Assembly: GCA_003554965.1 (NCBI GenBank)
Contig: PWHR01000020.1
Location: 70,202 to 134,201, forward strand
DNA: 64,000 nucleotides
Source of the DNA: Thermoplasmata archaeon
Lineage (GTDB): Archaea > Thermoplasmatota > Thermoplasmata > Halarchaeoplasmatales > Halarchaeoplasmataceae
Reading direction: 5' to 3'
Positions 38,130-48,684 of the stretch are shown piece by piece (position 1 is the stretch's first letter; each line of letters begins with the position of its first letter). The notes beneath the pieces are model-generated. The model saw only the letters and a program-made list of their open reading frames with translations, searched no databases and was not told where the DNA came from. The translations under genes were made by a program, and so were the position numbers.

Positions 38130-38534
38130 ATGGCAGATAATGTATCAAGAGATCAAAGAAAGTTCACATATCGTGGTTACGCCTTAAACGAGCTTAAGAA
38201 GATGTCCTTGAATGAACTCAAAGAAGTTCTACCTGCAAGGGCTAGGAGATCGCTGGACAGAGGTTTGAATAAAGGTGAGAAAAAACTGTTAGAAAAAATA
38301 GAGAACAAAGACAAAGACGTTTACAGGACTCATAGAAGAGAGATGATCATCCTTCCTCAGTTCGTCGGAAAAAGGATAGCCATACACAACGGTGAAGAGT
38401 TCAAAACTATCAAGATAGAACCTGAAATGATAGGGCATTATCTAGGAGAATTTGCTATGACAAGGAAAAACGTTGAGCATTCTGGGCCAGGTATAGGAGC
38501 GACACGTTCTTCGAAATACATACCCCTTAAATGA
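38130..38534 (+). CDS. rps19: 30S ribosomal protein uS19
   Basis: [25 protein letters not shown] and GATRSSK..PLK. Start moved to ATG 38130 (AGGTGA SD). Confidence 0.96.
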   Translation: MADNVSRDQRKFTYRGYALNELKKMSLNELKEVLPARARRSLDRGLNKGEKKLLEKIENKDKDVYRTHRREMIILPQFVGKRIAIHNGEEFKTIKIEPEMIGHYLGEFAMTRKNVEHSGPGIGATRSSKYIPLK

Positions 38535-38545
38535 GGTGATGAAGC

Positions 38546-38992
38546 ATGGGATACTCTATGGATCCGGATCCAGAATTTACAGCCAAGGCGTATGGAAGTG
38601 AGTTCCAGATTTCCCCTAAAGAATCCGTCGAAGTCTGTGACATGTTAAGAGGTAAGGACGTGGATAAGGCGATAAATATACTCGACGAAGTTATAGCAGG
38701 GGAGCGAGCCGTACCCTACAAGAAGCACAACAAAAAAATAGCTCATCAAAAAGGGATCGGCTCGGGTGGATATCCTGAGAAAGTCTGTGAAAAGATCAGA
38801 TCACTTATCGAAGAGTGTAAAGCTAACGCTGAAAGTAAAGGATTGGATTCCGAAGCCATGAAGATCAAACATCTTTCAGCCTACAAAGCTAGTCCAATAG
38901 AAGGTTTCCAATCTAGGGCCTTTGGAAGAAGTTCACCGAAAAATACCCAGAGAACCAATATCGAGATAATATTAGAAGAAAAGGAGGAGTAA
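38546..38992 (+). CDS. rpl22: 50S ribosomal protein uL22
   Basis: ISPK, G.YP.K, NAE.KGLD and RAFGR motifs. Confidence 0.96.
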   Translation: MGYSMDPDPEFTAKAYGSEFQISPKESVEVCDMLRGKDVDKAINILDEVIAGERAVPYKKHNKKIAHQKGIGSGGYPEKVCEKIRSLIEECKANAESKGLDSEAMKIKHLSAYKASPIEGFQSRAFGRSSPKNTQRTNIEIILEEKEE

Positions 38993-38994
38993 CA

Positions 38995-39753
38995 TTGGCG
39001 AGAGAAAGAAAATTTGTAAAAGAAAAGATGCAGCGTGTTCAACTCAAAGAATTCCTTCAAAGAGAAACTGAAAGAGCAGGTTTCGGAGGAGCAGATATCA
39101 AGAGGACTCCTATGGGAACTAGGATAACTCTTTACACCGAAAGACCTGCTTTGGTCATCGGAAGAAAGGGTAAAAGGATTAGTGAGCTCACCGAGCAGAT
39201 TAAGCAAAAATTCAATTTTGACAATCCTCAAATTGAAGTTCAGGAAGTAGAAAGACCTGAATTGAATGCGCAGATAATGGCCGAAAAACTAGCATCTTCT
39301 TTGGAAAAAGGATGGTATTTCAGGAGAGCCGGTCATTCCACGGTCAGAGATATCATAGATGCCGGAGCAAAAGGTTGCCAGATAATATTATCTGGAAAAT
39401 TGACAGGTCCAAGACATAGAGTAGAGAAATTCCAGGATGGGCATATAAAATATTGTGGTGAGGAAAAGAAGAAATGGATAGACGAGGGATTCGCCCAAGC
39501 AAAACTAAAGTTGGGAGTCATAGGAGTGACCGTGAAGATAATGGACCCTGATGCCGTGCTTCCTGATGAGATAGAGATAATCCCTCCAGAACCTGAGACG
39601 GAAGAAGAACAAGAAGAAGCCGATGAAGAAGAGGGGGAAAAGGATGAAGAAACGGATGAGGAAGAAAAAGATAAGCAAGATGAAAGCGAGCCAGAAAAGG
39701 AAGTAGAAGAGATGGATATAGAAGATACTGAAGAAGAGGAGGAGGATGGATAA
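38995..39753 (+). CDS. rps3: 30S ribosomal protein uS3 with long acidic C-terminal tail
   Basis: RAGFGG, TPMGT, VIGRKG (KH domain), FRRAG, GKLTG. TTG start after an AGGAGG SD. Confidence 0.96.
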   Translation: MARERKFVKEKMQRVQLKEFLQRETERAGFGGADIKRTPMGTRITLYTERPALVIGRKGKRISELTEQIKQKFNFDNPQIEVQEVERPELNAQIMAEKLASSLEKGWYFRRAGHSTVRDIIDAGAKGCQIILSGKLTGPRHRVEKFQDGHIKYCGEEKKKWIDEGFAQAKLKLGVIGVTVKIMDPDAVLPDEIEIIPPEPETEEEQEEADEEEGEKDEETDEEEKDKQDESEPEKEVEEMDIEDTEEEEEDG

Positions 39754-39754
39754 A

Positions 39755-39973
39755 ATGGCTTTGCTCAAAACTGAAGAGATAAGAGAGATGGATGAGTCAG
39801 AAAGAGAAGAAAAGTTAGAGGAACTTAGAGATGAGTTGCTCCACGAGACAGGTGTCGCTGCGATGGGGGGAGCTCCAGAAAGTCCGGGAAGAATAAGTAC
39901 GATCAAAAGGAATATAGCTAGGATTCTCACGATAATGAATGAAGAAAAAAATAAACAAAAAGGAGGAAATTGA
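39755..39973 (+). CDS. rpl29: 50S ribosomal protein uL29
   Basis: EIREM...L.EL..EL...GG....PGRI..IKR.IARILT. Confidence 0.94.
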   Translation: MALLKTEEIREMDESEREEKLEELRDELLHETGVAAMGGAPESPGRISTIKRNIARILTIMNEEKNKQKGGN

Positions 39974-40275
39974 TGGCGGAAGAAGTTTGTCCAACTTGCG
40001 GTTTGCCTAAAGAGATATGCATCTGCGAAGACATAGCACGAGAGCAACAGGAGATCGAGATATATACTGACCAAAGGCGATACGGTAAAACGGTGACTAT
40101 AGTCGATGGAATAGATGAGAGCGATATCGATCTCGAAGATCTAGCCTCGGAATTGAAAACGAAATGTGCTGCAGGAGGTACCACCAAAAAAGGTCGTATC
40201 GAACTTCAGGGCGACCATATAGAAAAAGTCCGGGACTTCCTAGAAGGCAAAGGATTCTCTGTGGAGGTCAGGTAA
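39970..40275 (+). CDS. Translation initiation factor aIF1 (SUI1)
   Basis: [27 protein letters not shown] and IELQGDH motifs. Confidence 0.95.
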   Translation: MMAEEVCPTCGLPKEICICEDIAREQQEIEIYTDQRRYGKTVTIVDGIDESDIDLEDLASELKTKCAAGGTTKKGRIELQGDHIEKVRDFLEGKGFSVEVR

Positions 40276-40276
40276 C

Positions 40277-40540
40277 ATGCCAAAAAAAGACATGGTAAAA
40301 ACATTCGAATTCATAGGTTCTGAGATCGAAGTATCGGAATCAGAACACGAAGGTTATGAAGGACTGAAAGGTAAAGTGATCGATGAGACAAAAAATACTC
40401 TTATTATAGGAAACGATCGAAAAAAAATTGTTCCAAAAAAAGGGAGCATATTCGAGATCGAAATCAACGGCCGCCGTAAAAATCTGGACGGATCTAATAT
40501 TACGTACAGACCCGAAGATAGGATCAAGAAATTAGGTTGA
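40277..40540 (+). CDS. rnp1: Ribonuclease P protein subunit Rpp29
   Basis: G.VIDETKNTL, VPK and RPEDRIK; canonical operon position. Confidence 0.92.
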   Translation: MPKKDMVKTFEFIGSEIEVSESEHEGYEGLKGKVIDETKNTLIIGNDRKKIVPKKGSIFEIEINGRRKNLDGSNITYRPEDRIKKLG

Positions 40541-40547
40541 TGATATC

Positions 40548-40886
40548 ATGGTTGAAAACGAAGTTCGCGATATAGGTGTCGACGTTAAAGCTCCGGAAAA
40601 GAGCTGTGACGATGATAACTGCCCTTTCCACGGTAATCTTCCAGTAAGAGGAAGGATAATAAGGGGTGTAGTAGAATCGGTAGAGATGGATAAATCAGTG
40701 ACTGTAAGGAAAGATCATTTCCAATACATACCAAAATACGAGAGATACGAAAAAAGGAAGAGTCATTACCCGACCCACCATCCCCCATGTATAGATATCG
40801 ATGAAGGTGATGAGGTACAGATAATGGAATGCCGACCGATCAGCAAAAGCAAATCTTACGTCGTTATCTCTAGAGGTGAAGGATGA
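40548..40886 (+). CDS. rps17: 30S ribosomal protein uS17
   Basis: CDD.NCPFHG, PKYERYEKR and ECRPISK motifs. Confidence 0.96.
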   Translation: MVENEVRDIGVDVKAPEKSCDDDNCPFHGNLPVRGRIIRGVVESVEMDKSVTVRKDHFQYIPKYERYEKRKSHYPTHHPPCIDIDEGDEVQIMECRPISKSKSYVVISRGEG

Positions 40887-41284
40887 TGAAAGGAATAGCT
40901 GGTAGACAAACAAACGGTCTTTCCGTTGGAAGCAAACTCAAATGTATAGATAATACTGGCGCCAAAGAGGTAAGGGTAGTTTCGGTGATAAATTATCATG
41001 GTGTCCACCGGAGATATCCTCAGGCCGGGATTGGAGATCAAATAGTCGCGTCGGTGGTCAAAGGAACTCCAGAGATGAAAAGAGAGTTGACTAGGGCGGT
41101 GATCGTTAGGCAAAAACGCCCCTTTAGAAGAGCCGATGGTGTCATGGTACAGTTCGAAGATAATGCGGTAGTTCTGACACAAGAGGACGGAGAGACTAAA
41201 GGGTCTGAGATCAAAGGCCCCGTGGCTAGAGAAGCCGCGGAGAGATGGCCAAGAGTCGGAGCAGCGGCATCGATGATAATGTGA
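40883..41284 (+). CDS. rpl14: 50S ribosomal protein uL14
   Basis: DNTGAK, KGTPEM, FEDNAVV and KGPVAREAAERW motifs. Confidence 0.97.
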   Translation: MMKGIAGRQTNGLSVGSKLKCIDNTGAKEVRVVSVINYHGVHRRYPQAGIGDQIVASVVKGTPEMKRELTRAVIVRQKRPFRRADGVMVQFEDNAVVLTQEDGETKGSEIKGPVAREAAERWPRVGAAASMIM

Positions 41285-41295
41285 GGTGTTCATAT

Positions 41296-41658
41296 ATGAG
41301 TGAAAAACCAGATAAGCAGAGAAAAAGACAAGAAAATGCGCCCCATCATAAGAAAAGGAAGATCATGTCTTCCCCTTTATCAGACAAACTCAGAGAGAAA
41401 TATGGAACTAGAAGTTTACCGCTCCGTGAAGGAGACGAAGTAGAGGTCATGAGAGGGGCTTTTAAAGGCCATGTTGACAGCGTTGCAGAAGTAGACAGAA
41501 GGAATGAAAAGGTTTACGTGGAAAAAGTGACCGTGGAAAAAGCCGATGAGTCCAAACAGCCATACGGAATACATCCATCGAATTTAAGGATAGTAGATCT
41601 GGATCTTTCAGATCCTTGGAGAAAAGAAAAAGTAGAAAATATTAGTGAGGAGAGATAA
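41296..41658 (+). CDS. rpl24: 50S ribosomal protein uL24
   Basis: P.KQRK....AP.H, GDEVEVMRG and IHPSN. Start moved to ATG 41296 (GAGGTG SD). Confidence 0.96.
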   Translation: MSEKPDKQRKRQENAPHHKKRKIMSSPLSDKLREKYGTRSLPLREGDEVEVMRGAFKGHVDSVAEVDRRNEKVYVEKVTVEKADESKQPYGIHPSNLRIVDLDLSDPWRKEKVENISEER

Positions 41659-41661
41659 ATC

Positions 41662-42378
41662 ATGAGTAAGCACAGCAAAAGATACGACACACCGACGGAA
41701 AAATGGGGAATACCGACTAAGGAGCATCACTGGGCACCAAGATCTAAATCTGGACCTCATCCCAAAGATAGAAGTGTACCTCTAGTGGTGGTCATCAGGG
41801 ACATATTAGAATACACTAACACTTCTCGAGAGGCAAAAAGGCTTCTCGCAGATAGAAAGGTGGAAGTCGATGGGAAGGTTGTTACGGACAGGAATCGACC
41901 TATCGGATTGATGGACGTCATCACCATACCGGAGTTAAAGGAAAATTACAGGGTTTTATTTGATCAGAAAGGTAAGATAAGGTTAAAATCGATCGATGAA
42001 GGCGTCTCAGGATGGAAACTTGTGAAGGTAGAAGATAAAACTACATTGAAGGATGGCATAACCCAGTACAATCTTCACGACGGCAGGAACTTGAAGTTCG
42101 AGAACGCTAACCAACATAGCACCCTTGATGTACTAAAATTAGAGATACCTGAGCAAAAAGTATTGGATACATATGAGTTCAAAGAAGGAATGATGGCTCT
42201 GATCATCGGAGGTAAGCATATAGGTGAGATAGACAGGATCAAAGAACATGAGGTCATAAAAGGGCCACAACCGAACTTCGTCCATTTTGAGTCAGGTATG
42301 ACCACTATCGAAGATTATGTTTTTGTGATAGGAAAAGATACACCGGCCATAGAAGTACCTGAGGTGGGTATAGTATGA
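41662..42378 (+). CDS. rps4e: 30S ribosomal protein eS4
   Basis: GPH, VDGKV, GLMDV, LHDGRN and GGKH.G motifs. Confidence 0.96.
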   Translation: MSKHSKRYDTPTEKWGIPTKEHHWAPRSKSGPHPKDRSVPLVVVIRDILEYTNTSREAKRLLADRKVEVDGKVVTDRNRPIGLMDVITIPELKENYRVLFDQKGKIRLKSIDEGVSGWKLVKVEDKTTLKDGITQYNLHDGRNLKFENANQHSTLDVLKLEIPEQKVLDTYEFKEGMMALIIGGKHIGEIDRIKEHEVIKGPQPNFVHFESGMTTIEDYVFVIGKDTPAIEVPEVGIV

Positions 42379-42911
42379 GTTCAGCTATAAGTGACAATTA
42401 CGAAAACTCGATGAGGATTCCAAGATTGGTCAAGTGTGTCGTCAATATAGGCGTAGGAGAAGGTGGAGAAAAACTGAGAAAAGCGTTTGATGTTTTGGAG
42501 ATGCTAACAGGCCAGATCCCCGCTGAAACTAAAGCCGAGACCACGAACGCGGAATTTGGCATAAGAGAGGGACAACCGATAGGTTGTAAAGTCACGCTTA
42601 GGGGCGAACGAGCTTATGATTTCCTTGAAAAAGCTTTTTGGGTCAAAGAAAACAGATTGCCTATAAATTGTTTCGACGATCATGGTAACATCAACTTTGG
42701 TATCGGTGATTACACGGATTTTGAAGAGGCAAGCTATGACCCCAATATAGGCGTATTCGGCATGGATATCTCAATAGTCTTAGGAAGAAAAGGCCTCCGT
42801 GTCAATAAGAGGAAAAATCAGAAAAAGACCATACCAGAAGAACACAAGATGACCAAGGAGGAAGCGATTGAGTTCATGGAGTGCGAATTCGATCTGGAGG
42901 TGTATGAATGA
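42375..42911 (+). CDS. rpl5: 50S ribosomal protein uL5
   Basis: [24 protein letters not shown] and YDP.IG.FGMD motifs. Confidence 0.96.
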   Translation: MSSAISDNYENSMRIPRLVKCVVNIGVGEGGEKLRKAFDVLEMLTGQIPAETKAETTNAEFGIREGQPIGCKVTLRGERAYDFLEKAFWVKENRLPINCFDDHGNINFGIGDYTDFEEASYDPNIGVFGMDISIVLGRKGLRVNKRKNQKKTIPEEHKMTKEEAIEFMECEFDLEVYE

Positions 42912-43075
42912 TGAGTGAAGAAGAAGGATTGAAGCCCGATAAAGATTTCGGAAGGAAAGAAGGATGTAGACGCTGCGGCAGGAAGAGGGGTATAATCCGA
43001 AGATATGGATTACATGTGTGCAGGCAGTGTTTTAGAGAGATCGCAGAAGATCTAGGATTTGAAAAATATTCATGA
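42908..43075 (+). CDS. rps14: 30S ribosomal protein uS14 (Zn-binding; below ORF-track cutoff)
   Basis: Manual translation [55 protein letters not shown]. Confidence 0.95.
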   Translation: MMSEEEGLKPDKDFGRKEGCRRCGRKRGIIRRYGLHVCRQCFREIAEDLGFEKYS

Positions 43076-43085
43076 GGTGCTAAAA

Positions 43086-43475
43086 ATGAAACACGATCCA
43101 TTGAATGACGCATTATCGAAGATAAAAAACGCAGAAGACAGCGGTAAATTAGAATGTAAAGTAGAACCTGCATCTAAATTGATAGGCCGTGTACTCAGAG
43201 TTATGCAAGAGCAAGGTTACCTTGAAAGATTCGAATATGTTGAAGACGGAAGAGGAGGAGAATACAACGTGATTTTGAATGGGAACATTAACGAGTGCAG
43301 TGTGGTTAAACCTAGATGGTCCGTGACCAACGCTGATATAGAAGATTATGAGTCTAGATATCTTCCGGCTCAAGGTTTCGGATTGCTGGTCATAACCACC
43401 AACGAAGGAGTCATGGCTCATTCTAAAGCAAAACAAAAAGGGATCGGAGGTAAATTGTTAGCATACGTTTATTGA
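43086..43475 (+). CDS. rps8: 30S ribosomal protein uS8
   Basis: DPL.DALS.I.NAE, DGRGG, YLPA..FG and GG.LLAYVY. Start moved to ATG 43086. Confidence 0.96.
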   Translation: MKHDPLNDALSKIKNAEDSGKLECKVEPASKLIGRVLRVMQEQGYLERFEYVEDGRGGEYNVILNGNINECSVVKPRWSVTNADIEDYESRYLPAQGFGLLVITTNEGVMAHSKAKQKGIGGKLLAYVY

Positions 43476-43484
43476 GGGATTACT

Positions 43485-44036
43485 ATGCCAGTTGCAGCAA
43501 AAATAGAAGAAAAGATCGAAATTCCAGACGACGTAAATGTCGAGAAAAGAATGGATGATTTAAAGGTCTCTGGTGAGAACGGAGAAGTAGAGAAAAAGTT
43601 CAACCATCCGAGGATAGATATTATAGTTGAAGATGATGAGATACAAGTTATCGTCGAGGAACCTAGTAAGAAAGAAAAGGCTTTAGCAGGGACTTACAGA
43701 TCCCATATAAAAAACATGATAAAGGGTGTTCGGGAAGATTTCGAGTATAAATTGAAGATTATTTATTCCCACTTTCCAATGGAAGTCACTTCTGAAGGTG
43801 AAGAGGTCGTGATCAAAAATTTCGTGGGTGAGAACAAACCTAGGAGAGCTAAGATCGTAGGCTCGACGGAGGTAAAAATCGAAGGTGATCAAGTGGTGGT
43901 CAAAGGACCTGATAAAGAAGCAGTCGCTCAGACCGCCTCCAACATCGAATCCGCGACCAAGATCTCTAAAGTAGACCCAAGAGTCTTCCAAGATGGGATA
44001 TATATAACTGAAAAAGCCGGTAAACCTTTAAGGTAA
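43485..44036 (+). CDS. rpl6: 50S ribosomal protein uL6
   Basis: YSHFP, NF.GE and DPRVFQDGIY motifs. Confidence 0.96.
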   Translation: MPVAAKIEEKIEIPDDVNVEKRMDDLKVSGENGEVEKKFNHPRIDIIVEDDEIQVIVEEPSKKEKALAGTYRSHIKNMIKGVREDFEYKLKIIYSHFPMEVTSEGEEVVIKNFVGENKPRRAKIVGSTEVKIEGDQVVVKGPDKEAVAQTASNIESATKISKVDPRVFQDGIYITEKAGKPLR

Positions 44037-44057
44037 TAGAGAAAAGAGGTGATTAAT

Positions 44058-44483
44058 ATGGATGATGAAGAGGATTACGAAGTTAAGAAAAAACCTGACC
44101 TTGATAATGAGACAGAGGAACTCTTGAAAAAAAGAGAAAAAATAAAATCTCAGAGACCTGATTTCCCTAGACAAGAGTGGTTCAGACGTTCGAAGATCGA
44201 TAGAGATACTTGGAGAAAGCCGAGGGGGATCCATTCTCAGGCTAGACAGAACAAGAAGTACCGTCCAAATAATGTTAATATAGGATATCGTTCTCCAAAA
44301 GAAGTCAGAGGTTTACATCCATCGGGCTTTGAAGAGGTCCTTGTTCACAACTTGGACGACCTTGATGATCTAGATCCTGACAAACAGGCTGTAAGGGTCG
44401 CCCACAGCGTAGGCATGAGAAAGAGGATAAAGATAGAAGAAAAGGCAGAGGAGATGGATCTGAGGATCCTTAATCCATCATGA
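44058..44483 (+). CDS. rpl32e: 50S ribosomal protein eL32
   Basis: F.RQEW, WRKPRG.HS, GYRSP..VRGLHPSG and ILNP motifs. Confidence 0.96.
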   Translation: MDDEEDYEVKKKPDLDNETEELLKKREKIKSQRPDFPRQEWFRRSKIDRDTWRKPRGIHSQARQNKKYRPNNVNIGYRSPKEVRGLHPSGFEEVLVHNLDDLDDLDPDKQAVRVAHSVGMRKRIKIEEKAEEMDLRILNPS

Positions 44484-44493
44484 GGTGATATTC

Positions 44494-44973
44494 ATGGATA
44501 TCAAATATCAAAAAAGGTTGGCTGCAGAAATCTTAGACTGCGGAAAAGAACGCGTTTGGGTAGACGATACGATGTTAGACGAAGTGATAGAAGCCATAAC
44601 TAGAGAAGAAGTGAGAGATTTAATAAACAGAGATATAATAAAAAAACTTCCTAAAGAAGGTAATTCAAGGGGTAGGATAAACTATAAGAAAAAACAGAAA
44701 TCTAAAGGGAGGAGAAAAGGATATGGAAAAAGGAAGGGGACCAAAGGAGCAAGAGAATCTTCAAAGGACAGATGGAAGAAAAGGATCCGCTCCATAAGGA
44801 GTGAATTGAAATACCTGAGAGATGAAGGTTACATCGACTCGTCCACTTACCGAGAGTTCTATAACAAGTCTAAAGGCGGTACTTTCGAGGACAGGGCAGA
44901 CATGCTTTTACATCTAAAGATGGAAGGTTACATCGATGAAGATTATGATCTAGAACAAAAAGGTGGTGATTGA
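44494..44973 (+). CDS. rpl19e: 50S ribosomal protein eL19
   Basis: QKRLAA.IL.CG..RVW, GRRKG.G.RKG..GAR and KGG.F motifs. Confidence 0.96.
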   Translation: MDIKYQKRLAAEILDCGKERVWVDDTMLDEVIEAITREEVRDLINRDIIKKLPKEGNSRGRINYKKKQKSKGRRKGYGKRKGTKGARESSKDRWKKRIRSIRSELKYLRDEGYIDSSTYREFYNKSKGGTFEDRADMLLHLKMEGYIDEDYDLEQKGGD

Positions 44974-44975
44974 AT

Positions 44976-45476
44976 ATGGCTGAAGGACCACGTTATAAGA
45001 TGCCTCTCAAGAGAAGAAGGAAAGGAAAAACGGATTACCGAGAAAGACTGCGGCTCCTCAAATCTGGTAAAGTCAGAGCTGTAGTAAGATCATCCAATAA
45101 AAAGATCAGAGTACAGTTTATTCGGTACAATCCAGAAGGTGATGTAGTCGATGTTGTGGCTACGAGCGAACACCTAAAGGATATAGGATGGGAGGGATAT
45201 GGAATCAACATACCTTCTTGCTATCTTGTAGGTTATCTCGCTGGTATAAGAGCGATAGAAAAAGGTATCGATGAGGCTGTTCTTGACATAGGTCTGCAAT
45301 ATCCTGAAAATGGTGGAAGATTATTTTCTGCACTGAAAGGTATGGTGGACGCAGGTGTAAACATACCTCACGATCCAGATGTGCTTCCTCCTGATGAACG
45401 AATAACAGGGGAACATATCGACGAAGAAACAAAAGATAATTTTGAAGAAGTCAAAGATAAACTGGAGGAATCATAA
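44976..45476 (+). CDS. rpl18: 50S ribosomal protein uL18
   Basis: GPRY....RRR.GKTDY..RL.LL, LDIG and DAG..IPH motifs. Confidence 0.96.
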   Translation: MAEGPRYKMPLKRRRKGKTDYRERLRLLKSGKVRAVVRSSNKKIRVQFIRYNPEGDVVDVVATSEHLKDIGWEGYGINIPSCYLVGYLAGIRAIEKGIDEAVLDIGLQYPENGGRLFSALKGMVDAGVNIPHDPDVLPPDERITGEHIDEETKDNFEEVKDKLEES

Positions 45477-46153
45477 TGTACAGATGGGAACCAAAAACTA
45501 GGCTCGGGAGAAAAGTTAAAAGAGGCGAAATAGCGAGCATGGAAGCTGCTTTGAATACTCGCTTACCTATCAAAGAGCCCGAGATCATCGATGCACTGCT
45601 TCCAGAGCTGGACGATGAAGTCCTTGACGTTAATATGGTACAGAGGATGACTGATTCGGGTAGAAGGGTGAGATTCACTGTCACCTGTGTTGTAGGAAAC
45701 AGCAATGGGTATGTGGGAGTCGGTACAGCTAAGGGTAAAGAAGTTGGACCGACCATACGAAAATGCATGGATAATGCCAAATTGAACATCATAAGGATAA
45801 GGCGAGGATGCGGCTCATGGGAGTGCGGATGTGGTAATCCTCACACGATACCTTTCGAAGTGAAAGGAAGGGCTGGTTCAGTAAAGATACAGCTTAAACC
45901 CGCACCTAGTGGTATAGGACTCGCTGTAGGTGAGACAGCGAAATCTATCCTTGAACGAGCCGGCATAAAAGATATGTGGGGCTTTTCAAAAGGTAAAACA
46001 AGGACCACCGTCAATTACGCACTAGCCGTTTTCGATGCTCTTAAAGGAACTTCCAAGATGAGAGTAAGGGAAGACCAAGCTGAAGAATTAGGTATCATCT
46101 CCGGAATACATGAAGTTGAAGAAGAAGCTGAAATTTCAGAAAAGGAGGGCTGA
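45476..46153 (+). CDS. rps5: 30S ribosomal protein uS5
   Basis: [18 protein letters not shown] and [12 protein letters not shown] motifs. Confidence 0.97.
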   Translation: MYRWEPKTRLGRKVKRGEIASMEAALNTRLPIKEPEIIDALLPELDDEVLDVNMVQRMTDSGRRVRFTVTCVVGNSNGYVGVGTAKGKEVGPTIRKCMDNAKLNIIRIRRGCGSWECGCGNPHTIPFEVKGRAGSVKIQLKPAPSGIGLAVGETAKSILERAGIKDMWGFSKGKTRTTVNYALAVFDALKGTSKMRVREDQAEELGIISGIHEVEEEAEISEKEG

Positions 46154-46155
46154 TC

Positions 46156-46650
46156 ATGGCTTTCGCAGTCATCAGATTGAGAAGTTCAAGGAAGAATAAT
46201 AAAAAGATAGATGATACCCTGAATATGCTACGGCTAAACAGGAACAACTACTGTACGGTCATACCTGAAAATACTACCTACAAAGGCATGTTGAACAAAG
46301 TAAAAGACCTGATAACATGGGGAGAACTTGATGAAGATGTCTTACTAGAGATGCTAAAAAATCGGTCAGATATGAGCATTGAAGAGATGGAAAAAGAAAT
46401 AAAGGACCAGACAGAATATGAGAATATCGAAGAATTCGCTGAAGCCGTATCGAAGGATCAAGTCACTATAGATGAAGTGGACGGATTACAGAACATATTT
46501 AGGATGCATCCACCCCAAGGCGGGTACAAAAGTATAAAAAGACCCTATAGGAACAGTGGTTCACTGGGCTATCGCGGGGAAGCAATCAACGACCTGCTGA
46601 TGAGGATGATTGGTCCTGACTACGACGGAGAGATCATTGAAGAAGGATGA
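46156..46650 (+). CDS. rpl30: 50S ribosomal protein uL30 (long archaeal form)
   Basis: TL.MLRL, GML.KVKD.ITWGE, HPP.GG and LGYRG motifs. Confidence 0.95.
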   Translation: MAFAVIRLRSSRKNNKKIDDTLNMLRLNRNNYCTVIPENTTYKGMLNKVKDLITWGELDEDVLLEMLKNRSDMSIEEMEKEIKDQTEYENIEEFAEAVSKDQVTIDEVDGLQNIFRMHPPQGGYKSIKRPYRNSGSLGYRGEAINDLLMRMIGPDYDGEIIEEG

Positions 46651-46657
46651 TGATATC

Positions 46658-47089
46658 ATGGGCAAAAAAAAGAAGAAAAAAAATAGAGGTTCTCGCAGTC
46701 ACGGACGAGGTGTCAAAAAAGGTAGAGGAGCTGGAGAAAGAGGGGGAAGAGGAAAAGCAGGCCTAGGAAAGCACAAATGGCCTTCTCTAGCTAAAGAAGA
46801 TCCCGATTATTTCGGTCCGAAAGGATTCAGTCGTCCTCAACAATTGGTAAAGGAAGAAGAGGTCATAAACATCTATCAGATCGAAGAAGCTCTTGATGAT
46901 TTCATAGAGATGGGGTTTGCCGAAAAAGATGGAGGCACCTATGAAGTCGATTTGGATAGAGCCGGATTCGATAAGCTGTTGAGTAAGGGCAACCCTACAA
47001 AAGAGTTAAAGATTAAAGTTTCTAATTCAAGTGAAAAGGCAAAAGAAAAGATCGAAGAAGCTGGAGGAGAATTGATCAGCGAAGAGTAG
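46658..47089 (+). CDS. rpl15: 50S ribosomal protein uL15
   Basis: RGSR.HGRG....RGAG.RGGRG.AG, FG.KGF and KIE.AGG. Start moved to ATG 46658. Confidence 0.96.
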   Translation: MGKKKKKKNRGSRSHGRGVKKGRGAGERGGRGKAGLGKHKWPSLAKEDPDYFGPKGFSRPQQLVKEEEVINIYQIEEALDDFIEMGFAEKDGGTYEVDLDRAGFDKLLSKGNPTKELKIKVSNSSEKAKEKIEEAGGELISEE

Positions 47090-47097
47090 TGATCTTT

Positions 47098-48645
47098 ATG
47101 GCTAAGGATGAGGAAAAAAGTCGTTTATATAAGCTAAAACCCTTGATCGATCGGATGCCTGCAGTTAAAGCTCCAGATGGACATGTCCATTTTCGACGCA
47201 AGATGTTTTGGCTTATATTTGTGCTCATCACTTACTTCCTCCTAACTAACGTTTTCGTGTATGGATTAGACCCAGCCGAAGGACTGGACATGTTCGAACA
47301 GTTCAGAGCTATCTTTGCAGGAGAGATGGGATCACTGGTCCATGTAGGTATAATGCCTATAGTCAATGCTTCCATCGTCATGCAGCTGTTCCAGGGAGCA
47401 GACATAATAAATCTAGATATGAAGGACCCAGATGATAAAGCGGTCTTTCAGAATATGCAGAAATTCCTGGTAATCATAATGATCCTTATCCAGGCCATAC
47501 CCCAGGTTTACGGATTCCTAGAGCCCGCCCCAGCTTTCATAGAAAATGTGGGACTTAATTGGGCCCGAGGATTGATAATACTCCAGATATTCATCGGAGG
47601 TTACTTCTTATTCCTTTTAGACGAGGTCGTATCAAAATGGGCCATCGGCAGCGGTATCAGCTTATTTATCGTTGCGGGTGTCGCTCAAGGCCTCTTCACC
47701 GGTCTGTTCAATTGGGCTCCCATCGAAGGTGGGGCTGGTGATACTATGCCTGCTGGAACCATACCTAGGGTGATAGAAGCCATGCGGGAGCAATCCGCTG
47801 CAGAGTTCGCTGGTGGCGGATTAGAAGGTTTATTAGTTTCACCCCCTAATCCAGTTATGGGATTGATTTTCACCATAGTAATTTTATTGATTGTTGCCTA
47901 TATAGAAGGTAGTCGGATAGAACTTCCCCTGGCACACGGCAGAGCTAGAGGTGCTAGAGGTCGCTATCCTATCAAGCTAGCTTACGCATCTGTTATACCT
48001 GTGATACTAGCTGCAGCACTTCTAGCGAACATCAATCTGTTCGCTATGCTCTTCCAAAACCACTTGGAGGGTTTCCCTGTATTAGGAGGTGCCGATTGGC
48101 TCGGTATTTTCCCTGAGGGGGAAACCCAACCAGTAGGAGGTGCAGTATGGTATATATCTCAGGTCGAGGGTCTACACGATTGGTTACTGCCCATCGTTTC
48201 AGAAAGATATGATTATATGCTCTCCCCAACTCCGGAGATAACCCATACTAGAGTCCAGATGGCGATCAGAGTTACCGGTTATTTCTTATTCATGGTGATA
48301 ACTTGTGTCCTTTTCTCAAAATTCTGGGTCAAGACTACCAATATGGATGCTGAATCTGTAGCCGAGCAGATACAGGAGAGCGGTATGCAGATCCCCGGAT
48401 TCAGGCGCGATCCTAGAGTGTTACAAAGGGTACTGAAACGATATATACCTACTATAACCACATTTAGTGGGCTCTTCATTGGAGGCGTTGCTGCTGGTTC
48501 TGATATGTTGGGCTCTGTCGGACACGCCACGGGTATAGCTCTGTTTCTAGCTGTCTCTATACTTACTCAACTGTATGAACAGATAGGAAAAGAACAGATG
48601 ATGGAGATGCATCCTGCATTGAGAGACTTCTTCGGAGAACAATGA
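47098..48645 (+). CDS. secY: Preprotein translocase SecY
   Basis: Ten-TM pattern; GIMPIV.ASIVMQL, GSGISLFI, YPIKL.Y.S.IP and IPGFR motifs. Confidence 0.97.
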   Translation: MAKDEEKSRLYKLKPLIDRMPAVKAPDGHVHFRRKMFWLIFVLITYFLLTNVFVYGLDPAEGLDMFEQFRAIFAGEMGSLVHVGIMPIVNASIVMQLFQGADIINLDMKDPDDKAVFQNMQKFLVIIMILIQAIPQVYGFLEPAPAFIENVGLNWARGLIILQIFIGGYFLFLLDEVVSKWAIGSGISLFIVAGVAQGLFTGLFNWAPIEGGAGDTMPAGTIPRVIEAMREQSAAEFAGGGLEGLLVSPPNPVMGLIFTIVILLIVAYIEGSRIELPLAHGRARGARGRYPIKLAYASVIPVILAAALLANINLFAMLFQNHLEGFPVLGGADWLGIFPEGETQPVGGAVWYISQVEGLHDWLLPIVSERYDYMLSPTPEITHTRVQMAIRVTGYFLFMVITCVLFSKFWVKTTNMDAESVAEQIQESGMQIPGFRRDPRVLQRVLKRYIPTITTFSGLFIGGVAAGSDMLGSVGHATGIALFLAVSILTQLYEQIGKEQMMEMHPALRDFFGEQ

Positions 48646-48684
48646 TGTGTAGGTGCATGAAATATAACTCAAGAGGTGTAAACC

